Position numbers and translations under genes: made by a program
Notes under the pieces: generated by a model
The model's input: only the letters and a program-made list of their open reading frames with translations
Databases searched by the model: none
What the model was told of the DNA's origin: nothing
Shown here: positions 1 through 13,240 of the stretch, piece after piece
How positions within the stretch are numbered: the first letter of the stretch is position 1
How the letters are laid out: the number at the start of each line of letters is the position of its first letter
Assembly (NCBI GenBank): GCA_009914755.4
Contig: CP086569.2
Span: forward strand, 23,040,001-23,104,000
Length of the DNA stretch: 64,000 nucleotides
Source: the human T2T-CHM13v2.0 reference genome, Homo sapiens
Direction: 5' to 3'

Positions 1-884
1 AGAAAAAAATAAAGAAAAGAAAAATAGTAGTTATTGCATACAATCCTTGCTTGCAAATCAAAAATTAAAATGTCATTTCTACATCATTACATGAGTACCA
101 CTAAAACAAAATGTTGATTTTGGAGGGAGAGGTAGATCTTAACTTCCTCCATGAATTTTTTGAGGTATTAAGATGAAAAGGAACTTTTTTCAAAGTAATT
201 TCATAATTGTTAGTGTTATTTGAAAACTATCTGTTTAGATGATATGGCTGTATTAAAATTTTCAGATTAAAATTATACATGTAATGCCTAATGCCTGATT
301 TTATTGCTACACATGCTTAAAAGCAAATTAAATAGGAAATTAAACTGTGTTTTTTGTCAAAAATTTTCTTTGTAGCTTTGCATATAAATAGATACAAAAG
401 TAGGCATAGGTTACATCTCCCTTGCAAGCTGCACACCTTTTCTAATTTGGCTGTGTTTCTCTTTAAAAACTTACAAGCTTTAAAAGTTTGAGAACTCTTC
501 AGAAAGACTAAAAAACTGTCTGCCTCACCATAAATTGTTTATCATTCAGAGGAATCATGTGGGTCAAAAGAAATAATTAGATATGTTTTATATTAAAGTT
601 TAAGACATCCATAACATTTTTCTTGAAGCATTCTGTGACTGAAGGGGGATAATGGTGATGAAACATTTTTTTCAACCTAAATAAAAACGGAACCAGCTAC
701 GTTTCCTAAGTATATAGTTTAATGAAATTAAGTCTTCCTAGTTTTAAATAGTGGAAAATAAGTGTTTTATGTGGGAGGTACTCATGTTAATTATTTCCTA
801 TAATATTTGACAATGGTTGTTGTAAGTAATGGCTTAGCAATAAGTTCTTGCAAATAGAAATTATCTAGAAGGCTTGGGATTTGA

Positions 885-1158
885 TCAGGTTTTTTGTTTT
901 TTGTTTTGGATGGAGTCTAGCTTTTGTTTCCCAAGCTGGGGTGCAGTGCCTGGATCTTGGCTCACTGTGACCACAACTTTCTGGGTTCAAGCTATTCTCC
1001 TGCCTCAGCATCATGAGTAAGTGGGTTTACAGCTGTGTGCTACCAAAGCTGGCTAAATTTTGCATTTTTAGTACAGACAGCTGGCCAGACAAGTCTTAAA
1101 ATCCTGATTCACCCTCCTTGGCCTCCCAAAGTGCTAGGATTACAGGCATGAGCCAACA
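885..1158 (-). mobile_element. Alu SINE (antisense; poly-T at left edge)
   Basis: Reverse complement of the Alu consensus is readable directly (…ggctcactg…cctcccaaagtgctaggattacaggcatgagcc). It is preceded by a T-rich tract, which is the reverse complement of the A-tail. Confidence 0.9.
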
Positions 1159-1673
1159 GGCTCCTACTATCAAATTTAAGTGAAGATATGAATAGAAATG
1201 CTTTAAATCTCATGGTTTTTTGGAAAGTGAAGCATATAAAACATGAAACAACATCATAAAGTTTCAGATAGGCAATTGCTTAACAGTTTAATATATCATC
1301 TAATGATAAAACTGGAAAGATTTGGACCCAAATAAGTAAACCAATTAATTTTCCTGAACATACAAGCTAAATAAATGAAATATATGAAGATCCAGAACTT
1401 TACAGTCCATAATTCTTAAAATTAACAGACTAATCTGTAAAGAGGACATATCTTTATGAGAAAATTTTGACAAGATCATAATTTTTATAGGGTAAGGTGG
1501 CAAATAATTTTAAAGTGAGAAGTTACTAACTTTGATTTTTCAAGTGAGTTATTTACGTTATGAAATTGTGTTAACATTCACCTATAATATAGGATTGTGA
1601 GGATTAAGTGAAAAGATACAACTCCCTGGGCTTGTGTATCTTCACAGCAGCAACAGGAGAAATACTGCCTATC

Positions 1674-1957
1674 CAGGTGTGATGGCTTAGGTCTGTAATC
1701 CCAGCATTTTGGGTGGCTGAGGTGGGCATATCGCTTCAACTCAGGAGTTTGAGGCCAGCCTGGGCAACATGGAGAAATCTTGTCTGTATAAAATAGACAA
1801 AAAATTGCTGGATGTGGTAGTGCATCAGTGTAGTCCCAGATCCTTGGGGGCTGAGGCGGGAGGATTGCTTGAGCCCATGAGTTCCAGGCTGCAGTGAGTC
1901 TGTTTACACCACTGCATTTTAGCCTGTGTGACAAAGCGAGACACTGATAAAAAAAAT
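1674..1957 (+). mobile_element. Alu SINE (sense) with A-rich tail
   Basis: ggtgtgatggcttaggtctgtaatcccagcattttgggtggctgaggtggg … gagcccatgagttccaggctgcagtgag … A-rich tail ending ~1957. Confidence 0.9.
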
Positions 1958-2384
1958 AAAAAAAGGAGAAGGTGTCTATGATACTCTGTCCCTAGGCTTT
2001 TTTAACCCGAATTATCTGCATGAAACATTCTGTCATAATGATTAAAAGGTATGGGAAACAGAAGAGTAACCAGCAATATATAATTTATCAATCTTGGAAC
2101 AGGGATTCTGTTTCAGAAGTTAGAATAAATGCTGAAAACCCTTTATGTAACAAGAGCGAAAGCCTTATTGCATCATTTTTCATAGGAACATAATGCTTTT
2201 GAATGAATAATAGGTTAATTTTTTTTTACCATCTTTGTCCACAGGCATTACTATGAGAAAATACCTGGACTTGGTGGTTTATAACAAACCTTTCTTGTAA
2301 TCCCAGAGGCTGAGAAGCCCAAGGTCAAGGCATCAGCAAATACAGTGTTCAGGTAAGGGGTCCCTTCCTGGGTTTTATTTTTAT

Positions 2385-2833
<449 letters not shown>

Positions 2834-3474
2834 TTCCTGGATTTTAAACAACCCTCTTGCTGAGTCTATACATTATAGAAGTGAGTTGGGAACTCTATAG
2901 CCTTTTAGGAGGTTGCTAATGGCATTTATGAGGGTGCTGCCTTCCTGACCTGATTACTTCCCATCAAAGTCCCTTTTCCCCTTCCAGAGGGAAGCCAATT
3001 GACACTTCCACATGTTCAGCTTAAAGTATTTTTTAGATGGTGGAGTGAGGATAGCAGTGATGATTTAATTAATTCTTTGGTTTGCAGTTTTTAATGCCTC
3101 CAGTGTTGGCATCAGGTATTAAAGGCATGAAAATGATTTTTCAGATTGTTCATATGTAGTCATCCACTTTCAGCTTACAAGGTTTGGGGACAATTGGGCA
3201 GTTTTGGTTTTCAGTGATGCTAAATCATGAAAGGGGGACCCAGTGTTGAAATTTTAGTTTAGAAACTTGTAGCTATACATTGAATGAAATGAGAATTGAA
3301 GTTGTAGACTAATAAAATACGTAAGACAACTCACATGGGGGTGTGTTTTAGTTTTGCATTGAAACAAAATTCTCTCTGAAGTTACTTCTCTTGACTCTTG
3401 TTCACCAGATAAGTCTGGTCTGACTAGATTTGTCCTCATTTTTTACCTAAGTGCATTAAGAACTGTCATTGACC

Positions 3475-3690
3475 ACAAAGGTATAATTATAAATTATATG
3501 TAAAAAATTAAATGCATATAAATAAATTTATATAAATATATTTATTTTATTTATATTTTATAAATTTATATTTATATTTAACTTTATATAAATGAATGAT
3601 ATAAATTATAATATAAATAAGTTATCTATTATTTTATATATAATATAAAATTTATTATATATATAATTTATTTTTTAAATTTGAGACAAT
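3475..3690. repeat. AT-rich low-complexity / (TATAAA-like)n simple repeat
   Basis: The run contains only A and T, with short motifs repeating (tatatttatatt, aatttatata). Confidence 0.8.
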
Positions 3691-3941
3691 GTCCAGCTCA
3701 CTGTAGTCTCAAACTCATGGGCCCAAGTGATCCTCCCACCTCATCCTCCTGAGTAGCTGAGACCACAGGTGCAAACCATCATGCTTGGCTAATTTTGTAT
3801 GTTGTTTGTTTGCTTGTTTGATTTTGGAGATGGGGTTTTACCACGTGCCTAGGCTAGCCTTGAACTTCTGGGCTCAAGTGATTCTCCCACCTCTGCCTCT
3901 GAATGTGCTGGGATTACAGGTGTCTTCCACCATGTCTGGCC
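3672..3941 (-). mobile_element. Alu SINE (antisense, older/diverged)
   Basis: …cactgtagtctcaaactcatgggcccaagtgatcctcccacctcatcctcctgagtagctgagaccacaggtg…gctgggattacaggtgtcttccaccatgtctggcc. Confidence 0.85.
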
Positions 3942-4486
3942 ACAGAGGCCTTTCCAGTTTACTAGGTGAGAACTTTATATAATTAGTTTCAGATTAGAAT
4001 TTTTAAAGCTTTGAGACTAGGAACTAAGCCAGGAACTTGCCACCAGGCTTCCCTTTCAGAACCTATACACTTGGTTGAATACCTTTCCTCTCAAAGTCCC
4101 CAAGTATCGTGAGGTTCCAGAGCTTGCCCAGAAGTGACCTGTCTTTCTCACCTCTTAAGCTAGGAGCTCTAACCAATTACCAGGCTGATGTTCCAAGAGG
4201 GCTGTCTAAGTATTTTCTCCACAGTCAACTTTAGTTCTTAAAGTTGCCTGGTTATCTCTGATTTTCTGCAAATCATTCTTAAATGTATTTGATATTTCAG
4301 ACAAGGCTTTGTAATAAAACCAGGTTCCAATTAGGTTCTGTTGAAAGGAGAATACATTCTTACTACCTCAGAAATGACTCTATTGCCATATAGATATTTA
4401 TAAAATCTTAAATGTCCAGTGAACATAACACAGCTTAACTAGTAAATTAGTAAATCCAAGAGAAGGACACAAATGACAAACGTATT

Positions 4487-4779
4487 CTTTTTTTTTTTTT
4501 GAGACTGAATCTCGCTCCGCCGCCCAGGCTGGACTGCAGTGGCATGATCTTGGCTCACTGCAACCCTTGCCTCCCTGGTTCAAGCAGTTCTCCTGACTTG
4601 GCCTCCTGAGTAGCTGGGATTACAGTTGTGTATCACCATTCCTGGCTAATTTTTGTATTTCTAGTAGAGATGGGGTTTCATAATTTTGTCCAGGCTGGGA
4701 AACTCCTGACCCCAGATGATCCACCTGCCTCGGCCTCCCAAAGTGCTGGGATTAAAGGTATGAGCCATCATGTCTGGCC
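4487..4779 (-). mobile_element. Alu SINE (antisense)
   Basis: A poly-T tract is followed by gagactgaatctcgctccgccgcccaggctggactgcagtggcatgatcttggctcactgcaaccc … cctcccaaagtgctgggattaaaggtatgagccatcatgtctggcc. Confidence 0.9.
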
Positions 4780-5459
4780 CACAAATGTCTTTTTATACTT
4801 AATAATAACAACAATTCATAATATGTAGTTGTCTGTATTAAAGAATTTTAAAGTAATCTTAGTTAAATATTTGCATGAGTCATGTGAACTTGAATACATA
4901 TTTCTAGGATTATTAGGAGTATGTAATTCACAATAGTGCTCATTTATCTCTAAGCCAATTTGAATAGCACCTTTTTAAATGATATTAAAAATTAACTTGG
5001 TAATAACATCCAGAGTTAGAAATATATCACACACATAGCATATTTGCATAAAATATAGAGGCAAACATATTTTATAGCTCTCCTAAAATTTAGTTATGAA
5101 TGAGACAATAGAGTAATATAAAACTCACTGGTTATATCCATTTTATGTTGTATCTAAATTGTTCTTCTGGGAAATGAGACAAGGTTGTATAATCAGTAGG
5201 AGATCTAATACCTTTTGTTTGTATTGGTGAAGAAGACTTTTATGATATTATTTTGCCCTAATATTTAATCTGTTGAGCCAGAGGACTACATTTTAGGCAT
5301 AGAATACATCTAGTTGCAGTCTGGGTGTCTCCAAAGGCTGGGTAGATAAAATACTCAATCTCTTCTAATTCATTAGCCATTTTTCATTTCAACTTCAGGC
5401 CAATAACTTTTTGGAGGCTGGGGAAGATACTCAAGTCCCTCAAGAGCCTCTGATTTAGT

Positions 5460-5894
5460 AGGCCTAAATTTCTGTTGGCTGTACAGAGTTGAAAGGCTGA
5501 AATAGGAAGGGAAAGGTTTGTTTAGGGGTAGGTAGAAGAATGGATTATGAGAGGTTGGAAGGAGGATGTGTCAAAGGATTCAAGGAAGGTAAAGGGAAGA
5601 TTGAAGGTGATGAGAGGAGAAACAAGAAACATGAGTAATAAGAAGGAAGATGTCAAAGAGGCACCAGCATAGGAAGATGTTAAGTTTCTGAAAGATCATT
5701 AAGTTCCAAATTATCCTTGAAAAATGCATGCCAACAACAAGGATGTAGAGTTAGCAAAGCCTAAAGTCCACAAAGGTTCAAGAAGATGGGTTTTAGTTGG
5801 CTATGAGACTTCCATGGGAGAGGCAAGAATCCAAATAAAGAATAGAGAGGTATCAAAGAGATTCAATGGAGATTAGAGATAGAGACAGCAAGAT

Positions 5895-5925
<31 letters not shown>

Positions 5926-5930
5926 TAGGC
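5460..5930 (+). repeat. Purine-rich (GA-rich) low-complexity tract ending in (AG)n microsatellite (5899-5925)
   Basis: On the + strand the tract is almost entirely A and G (ggaagg…gaaggtgatgagaggagaaacaagaaac…). It terminates in a perfect (ag)13 run. Confidence 0.8.
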
Positions 5931-5949
5931 AAAGATAGAGATAAACTTC

Positions 5950-7965
5950 CTGACAGTCTGGAAAGATGGGAAAATTCCCATTAAGCAAAAAGATCTCCAA
6001 CATGGGGAATCAGGAAATAATCTCTATTCAGGAAAGAGACTAGAAAAGAGAGAACCCAGCCAATGGCATCGAGGAAAACCCCACTCAGAAAGTAGCAAGG
6101 AAAAAACATCTTTAGCATAGAGAATCAGGGAAAAAATCTTACTTGAGAATAGACACCAAAGAGGACAATTCAAGCCAACAAAGTCAGAGAATGAGCCCCT
6201 CTTGGGAAGAAGGGTATACAACATAGAACCTAAAGGAACAATCTCAAACATGAAGCAAAGCTGACAAAAAAAGAGTTCCAGACGTAGAAATCAGGAAACA
6301 ATTTCCAGTCAGATTAGAGAGAAAGGCAAGAGAGACTTGTAACCCCAGGGAGTCAGGGAATAATCATAAGAAAAACGGTAACCTGGGAAAAGAAAATGTC
6401 ACCCTAGGAGACAGGGAATAATACCCAATAAAGAAAAAGAGTCAGAAATATGAAATTTCCAACTAATTTATCAGGAAATAATCCCCAGAAAATTGGAATA
6501 AACTGTAATAAGGGAAAAAAAGTTAAGAAAAACAAAACAAAATAAGAAAATGTCCATTTCCTGGAGTCAGACAGTAATCCCTAGTAAGGGAAACACTAGG
6601 AGGAAAGTACTTTCTGCACATTCAGAATAAATGCCACTCGGGAAAGACAGAGCCCATAAGAAGGAACTTTTACCTAGGAAAGTTACAATAATCATTATTT
6701 TTTTTAAAGAGCAAGTAGGAAGGATTTTAAATGAAGTCAGAGTATAATCTCCATCAGGAAATAGAGTCAGAAAGAAGAAATTTGAGCCTAAACATCAGAT
6801 AAAAATTTCACATCAGGAAAAAGAGTGAGGGATGACAAACTTCTATCCCAGCGAGCCAGGAAATAATCCTCAATCATGAAAAGACATAGAAAAACAGTCT
6901 TTTATCACAGAGCTCATTTAGTATTTACCTCAGAGAAAAGAACAAAGGAAAAGAAAGAAGTTCAGTCCAAAGATTCAGAGAATAATATTAATTTAGGACA
7001 GAGAACCAAGAAGTGACTTTGAGCTCAGAATCACATGAGAATTATTCTCACTTAGGAGAGAGAGACAATCAAGTAGTCAGAAAATTTTACCCATTAGCAA
7101 AGAGACCAGAAAGAAGAGATATCTAGCCAGAGAGTCAGAAAAGGAAGCTAATAAGTGCCAGCTCAGGTGCCAGGGAATAAATTCCATTTGGTAAGAGAGC
7201 CAGAAGGAATGTCTTTCAAAGCAAGAAGTGAGATAATAAATTTTACTCAAGGAATAGGTCTGGAAAGACATGATGTCCAATCAGGAAAATAATTTCTCTT
7301 ATGAAACAGAGCCAGGAAAAACAGGTTTTTACTCCAGGAGTCAGGAAATTTCTACACAGGAAATAGAGGCAGGATTTTTTTTTTCCTGCTAAGGAAAGAA
7401 GGCCAGAAATTTCCAAACCAGGAGTCCAGGGAAAAGTCTTCAATCAGAAAAACAAGATTAAGAAGAAGATAAGAAGAATTTTCTACCCCAGAAGGTACGG
7501 AATACCTCCCATTGAAGTAAAATAGCCAGAAAAAAGAGTACTAGCCCAGAAATCAGGGAATAATTTCTATTCAGATAAGATATAAACTAAAAAGATACTT
7601 CTATTCCATAAAGCCTGGGATTAATCACTAATAAAACAACAACGAAGAGATATGACATTTAGCACAGAGTCAGAGAATAACCCCTACTAGGTAAGGGCAG
7701 AAAAGGTAGAAGAGACTTTCACTCCAGGAGTCAGGGAACAATTCCTACCAAGAGGTGATAGTGAAAAAAGACACTTTAAGCTCACAGAGTTAGGGAATAA
7801 TCCCTACTGGGAAAACAAAGCAAAACAAAAAACATTTTATCCTATGAAGTAAGAAAATAATTCCCTACTAAGGGATATCAGGAAGTCAGGATTTCCTGAC
7901 TTAAGCCCAGTGAGGCAGAAAATAATTTCTACTAGCAGGAGAGTCAGGAAGAATAGATATCCAAC
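5950..7965 (+). repeat. Degenerate ~60-bp-period tandem repeat array (~33 units), purine-rich on + strand
   Basis: The core motif 'gagtcagggaataat(c/t)cc(t/c)ac' and variants recur every ~58-62 bp (e.g. 6352, 6410, 6470, 7552, 7672, 7730, 7790, 7850, 7915). Unit-to-unit identity is roughly 65-80% by eye. There is strong A+G skew. Confidence 0.75.
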
Positions 7966-9415
7966 CTACATGCAACGAAATGTGTTTCCTGTAAAGAAAG
8001 ACAGCCATGAAGAAGAGAGTTTCAGATCACTATCAGGGCCTTGCCTCTTCACATGACCTTTCACTCCACATAGGAAACAATTTTGGTTTCTCTCCCTTTT
8101 CACTTTAGGAGGTGTTAATGCCATAGCTAATATTCTGGCCTTGTTTGTCTCAGTTCCTACCAGGTGACACACTTACATCAGCTCCCTGAAGGTGCTTGCC
8201 TTTCCTTTGTTTGCCTGCATTGCCTGCTGGCAATCCACATTAGCATTTTCAAAAGGCAATTGCAACAATAAGACAGGAGTGGGCTGGGTGTGACTAATTT
8301 ACCTCTTAATTGCCAGAGTTAACCAATCCATAAACTCAACAAATGGCTCCTGAGGCCCTTGTCAAACATTTACAAAAGGTCCCTGCTGAACTCTGCTCTT
8401 GGGAATTCAGTCCCAAGCTCTGAAAGCACACAAAGACACTTGAGGATAGGCCTGGGGATCAAAATTTAGTTGTTGTACATCAGCATGAGGACACCTCCAC
8501 TGCAGCTTATCCACTCTTATATTTTTCCAGGCCACCTGATTCTGGTTGGCTTGTTGTTTGCACAGCTCATCATATTCTGCCTTCCAGAGGAGGTATGGGT
8601 TAGGCTCCAGAGTTGCTTTAGCCAGCGTTGACCAGTCCCATTGGGCCATACAGAAGTGGTCGGCTAAGACCTCAATCATTCCTTTTGTAAATGGTCTAGC
8701 GGCTCTGTTTTATTTAATGCTTTTTCTTAGTTCTTTGTAAGTGTGAAAGCAAATGGGTTCATGCACTTGATGACCATGTCGGTCTGCATTACTGGACAGG
8801 CTAAGAGCTCTCCTTCTAATGCTGCTTGTTTAAGACAAGGTCCCATAGCTGAATTATATTTTGTACCTTTTTTTCTACTTATAGTAAGAGGGGGCTCAAG
8901 CAAACCCTCCGTTTCCTCTTTGCTATTTTGGCCCAGTGATAGTGGTACTGAGGAAAAGGTGGTGAGAAGGCAGGTGATGTTTCTCCCTCCTTCTCCTTTT
9001 TAGGCTCTTCTGTGTATAATGGGACTAAAGCCGTTCTTAGTAAAATCCACCGTGTTAAAGCTGATGCTGGGACCTGATGCCCCTGTGCATAATATTGTTT
9101 AAGATTTCTCCCTACTTGTTCCCAGAGTTCTGCGTCTAGTGTTCCTTCTTCTGGGACCATGGATTACATGAGACCACAGTTTACATTAATTTCCTTAATT
9201 GAACCTGGGAAACGGAATCTCTGCTAGCCTTAAGTAACTGTTTTAATATTTTATATACTGTTTCTCAGGTGCTGATAACTGTTGTTCCATAATGAAAACT
9301 CAGCTTGAACCAACTTCCCCCAGAGCTTGGTGACCTTGAGTGCAAATCAATGACTTAATGATTACTCACTGAGTTTACCGCGCGGTTCCTTTCTTCACCT
9401 TCTTTTTCGGGAGTC
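7966..9415 (-). mobile_element. Endogenous retrovirus internal fragment: betaretrovirus/ERVK-like gag (MA-CA-NC remnants)
   Basis: Three minus-strand ORFs match HERV-K gag domains. ORF 8879-9160 (…PEEGTLDAELWEQVGRNLKQ…VPLYTEEP…) resembles HERV-K MA (…PEQGTLDLKDWKRIGKELKQ…EPFQTEED). ORF 8407-8679 (…QWDWSTLAKATLEPNPYLL…VSLCAFRAWD) resembles HERV-K CA (…YDWEILAKSSLSPSQFL…RAICLRAWE). ORF 7966-8172 contains a zinc-knuckle-like 'CFLCGVKGH'. All three are interrupted by stops and frameshifts. Confidence 0.6.
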
Positions 9416-9420
9416 CAAGT

Positions 9421-10250
9421 CTTTGCTACTGTGAATAGTGCCACAATAAACATACGTGTGCATGTGTCTTTATTGTAGAATGATTTATAATCCTTTGGTA
9501 GATGCCCAGTAATGAGGTTGCTGGGTCAAATGGTATTTCCAGTTCTAGATCTTTGAGGAATCACCACACTGTCTTCCACAATGGTTGAACTAATTTACAC
9601 TCCCACCGAGATCATAAAAGCATTCTTATTTTTCCACAGGCTCTCCAGGATCTGTTGTTTCCTGACTTTTTAATGATTGCCATTAAAACTGGAGTGAGAT
9701 GGTATCTCATTTTGGTTTTGATTTGCATTTCTCTAATGACCAGTGATGATGAGCATTTTTTCATATGTCTGTTGGCTGCATAAATTTCTTCGAGTAGTGA
9801 CTGTTCATATCCTTTGCCCATTTTTTGATGGGGTTGTTTGTTTTATTCTTGTAAATTGGTTTAAGTTCTTTGTATATTCTAGATATCAGCCCTTTGTCAG
9901 ATGGATAGAGTGCAAAAATTTTCCGCCATTCTATAGGTTGGCTCTTCACTCTGAAGATAGTTGCTTTTGCTTTTCAGTAGCTCTCTAGTTTAATTAGATT
10001 CCATTTGTCAATTTTGTCTTTTGTTGCCATTGCTTTTGGTGTTTTGGACATGAATTCTTTGCCCATGCCTATGTCCTGAATAGTATTGCCCAGATTTTCT
10101 TCTAGGATTTTAATGGTCCTAAGTCTTACATTTAAGTCTTTGATCCATCTTGAGTTGATTTTTGTAAATGGTGTAAGGAAGGTATCCAGTTTCAGTTTTC
10201 TGCATATGGCTAGGCAGTTTTCTCAACATCATTTTTGTACTTCTTAAGAG
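9421..10250 (-). mobile_element. L1 fragment (antisense; ORF2 C-terminal region, older subfamily), truncated at both ends
   Basis: Minus ORF 9612-9821 (…[51 protein letters not shown]) matches the L1 ORF2p C-terminus. Flanking DNA is the reverse complement of L1 (ccagtaatgaggttgctgggtcaaatggtatttccagttctagatctttgaggaatcaccacactgtcttccacaatggttgaac…). Confidence 0.9.
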
Positions 10251-12774
10251 TATATTTAAAAATTCTTTGTCATGATTAAAATTTATTTCTTTTAGAAGGA
10301 GAAGCAAGCTAGTAGCATTTTAGATATAATACACACTGAGCTGTTTTCTTTTTTCACAGGAATTGTCTTTATTCAAAATTTCCACTAGTTTTAATATTGA
10401 TCAAAGTAAACAAATTATAATTAAAAAAAAAGTTTTCCTACCATTCCAGAGTAGTATTTGCTAAATAAATTCTCCCTTAAAACAATTTGCATTGGCTAAA
10501 CTTAATTTTGTCTCAACTAAAGGCTATAAAAACCCTGTAAGAAAATATTTAGTACCATGTAATTAAGGGAATTAGCATCACATATTCAGGTACTCAACAA
10601 TTATTATGTTTTTACAAACATGAAAGAAAAAGATAACAACTATGACTCTTATCATATCACTACAGTCTGTGATTTTTCTTCCTTTTTTCATTTATTTATA
10701 TTTGTCATGGGTTTAGTTGTAGGTGTCTGCATTTCTCTGTATGGCTCTGAAAGATTAATATATGGTTCTGTAATTATATATTCATTTTACCTTTGAAAAG
10801 GTGAACAGCGTATCATGATATATTTCCTATTAATATACCTACCTCAGAATACACATAACTTTTGAACCTATAAAACTTTTGTATTTGGTTAAAAACTAGA
10901 TAATGTTAAACAGTATTTATTTACAAAACATGTCTAATTTATAATGGGAGTAGGATAAGAAAAGATATTTTACTTTGGGTTTGACAATATTATGGCCCTG
11001 ATGGTTACTCATAGATGACAGATTTTATCTTAGAAGTGGGTATTTGCTAACTAGAGTTGAAAGCATTATGGTGTTGGCATGCTCCCAGATTACCACTTGA
11101 GATGCATTGCTGGCTGACCTACAGAGCAGCTTTGATTGTGGTTTTGCCCAGTCAGACTCCTGCTATCCTGGCTGCAAGGTTTGTTTTCTTTTGTCTGTAG
11201 TCAGAGGGGAAGTGATGCTTGATTTTCTACTTGCCTCTGAACTTTAAAGCTTCATTTTGCCCCAGGAAAGAGGAGAATATCTTAAACATGAAGTATTTCA
11301 CTTAGCTTTATTTAAGTGGGAAAAAATAAAATGAAATAAAATAAAACAATCCTTGCTAGGTTCTTGTTCATATTCCATCTCTTAACCGCTGGATGAAAAG
11401 TCATTTTAAAATTTTTTGATGACCTCTGAATCAAAGTAACAATGTAAGCAATGTTTCCAAACCTGGAAACTAAGGAAGGACTTGCACAGAAGAAAGTAAG
11501 ACAGAAAGAGAAAATATGAACGTTCTGAGGTTACCATGAAATCGGTTCTAAGTTCCTTTGCCTGAAAGTCAAGTCCCTTCTGCAATTCGTTGGAGTTTTA
11601 TTCTCCTTTCAGGGCTCAGCTCATGTCACACTTTCTCTCTAATCTTCTGCACCTTTTCCTTACATTACTTTATTTTCTCTGGTATGAAGAAAATAATTCA
11701 GAGGAAAATAAAATATTGAGTAGATTTTGCAATGAAATATTTTAATTGCAGAATAGTATAGAAAACAAGGAATGCTAGGATAAAAATTTTGTGTGTAAGC
11801 TTATCGAGAAATTTGAATGAATGTCAGTTTAAGGAGAGTTTAGACTTTAAAAGTGTCATTAAAAGTATGCTTTCATATCATGCTTGTGTTTGACATAAAA
11901 ATACATATTTTTTATATCAGATAAGGTAGTTTTCATATATTGTGCATCAACCTATCGATCTCCAATTTCCAAATGTGCAGTACATGCTCAACAAACTGTG
12001 GAACAGAATGAGGAACGAGGAACATTAACTGAACTATTTAGAAAATTGGCATACTAAAGTTCATACTAAAACATGAATGCATTCTATTTATTTAAGTAAT
12101 AATTTCAGATAATCCCATTCATCTTAGATACAACACTTAATTAGTTCAGTAATAAAATTTTTGGTGATAGCATATTATTTTACTAAATATATGCTTTAGA
12201 ATGTACAAATAGTTTCTGTCCAAGTTTATCCTTATGAAAACCATAGTAGTGAAAGCATTCTTATGTGCAGTTTTCTTTTTATGATGTTCCAAAAAGAGGA
12301 CATATTAATAGTACACATTATAAACATTAGCTGACTGAATTTTTAAAAGATTAAATAAAGAAACACTAAGACAAGTATTAAAATTTTATAAACAATTATT
12401 ACTTATCCTTCATTAGTTAGCAACAACATTGATAAGTTAAAAGGTAGCATTTTTACCAGGTCAGAGGGTGCTTGAGTACTCACTGGATTTATTAATGTGA
12501 AACAATGCTGAAGTAAACCTTAAGAACATGTACACGTTTTATGTACACAAAAGATAGTGGTAACCTACTTAGAAATTGTTTGACATTTCTACTTGGATGG
12601 GCCCTTTCATCCCTGTAAGAATGTAGGGCAGGTGAAATTCTCCTGGGATGTTGTGAGAATAGTCTTTTGTGCAGATTGGTTCAGGTTTTTAGATTTTTTA
12701 GTTTCTCAGGTGGCTCATTTATCTCAGTCGTTATGTTTTATCTGTAGTGGTTGGTCTGGGGTGGACATTCCCAA

Positions 12775-13240
12775 ACTTTCTGGCACCAGGGACTGGTTTC
12801 ATGGAAGACAATTTTTCCACAGATAATGGGTGGGGAGGTGATGGTTTCAGGATGATTCAAGCACATTACATTTATTGTGTACTGTTATTTCTATTATTAC
12901 AACATTGTAATATATAATTAAACAATTATATAACTCACCATAATGTAGAATCCGTGGGAGGCCTGAACTTGTTTTCCATCCCGGGGTGATGGCAGACAGT
13001 GACAGATCATCAGGCATTAGATAATCATAAGAGTGCACAATCTAGATCCCTCGCATAGACAGTTCACCACGGGGTATGATAATCTAATGTTACTTCTGAT
13101 CTGACAGGAGGTGGGGCTAAGGCAGTAATGCAAGCGATGAGGAGTGGCTGTAAATACAGATGAAGCTTTGCTGGCCTGCCAGCCACTCACCTCTTGCTGT
13201 GCAGCCAGTTCCTAACAGATCATGCGCTGGTACCTGAATG
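12775..13240. mobile_element. MER-type non-autonomous DNA-transposon relic (MITE-like); exact family not determined
   Basis: Left end ggcaccagggactggtttcatggaagacaatttttccacag, internal …gacagatcatcaggcattagataatcataag…cctcgcatagacagttcaccacgggg…ctgatctgacaggaggtggggctaaggcagtaatgc…cacctcttgctgtgcagccagttcctaacag. This matches a human MER consensus I recall, but I cannot name the subfamily with certainty. Confidence 0.5.

Noticed and set aside
5950-7965. Considered whether the regular ~60-bp array could be a CRISPR-like repeat-spacer structure
   Set aside because: This is a eukaryotic, primate genome with Alu and L1 throughout. The units are contiguous and mutually diverged with no conserved-repeat/unique-spacer alternation. 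It is a minisatellite-type tandem array.
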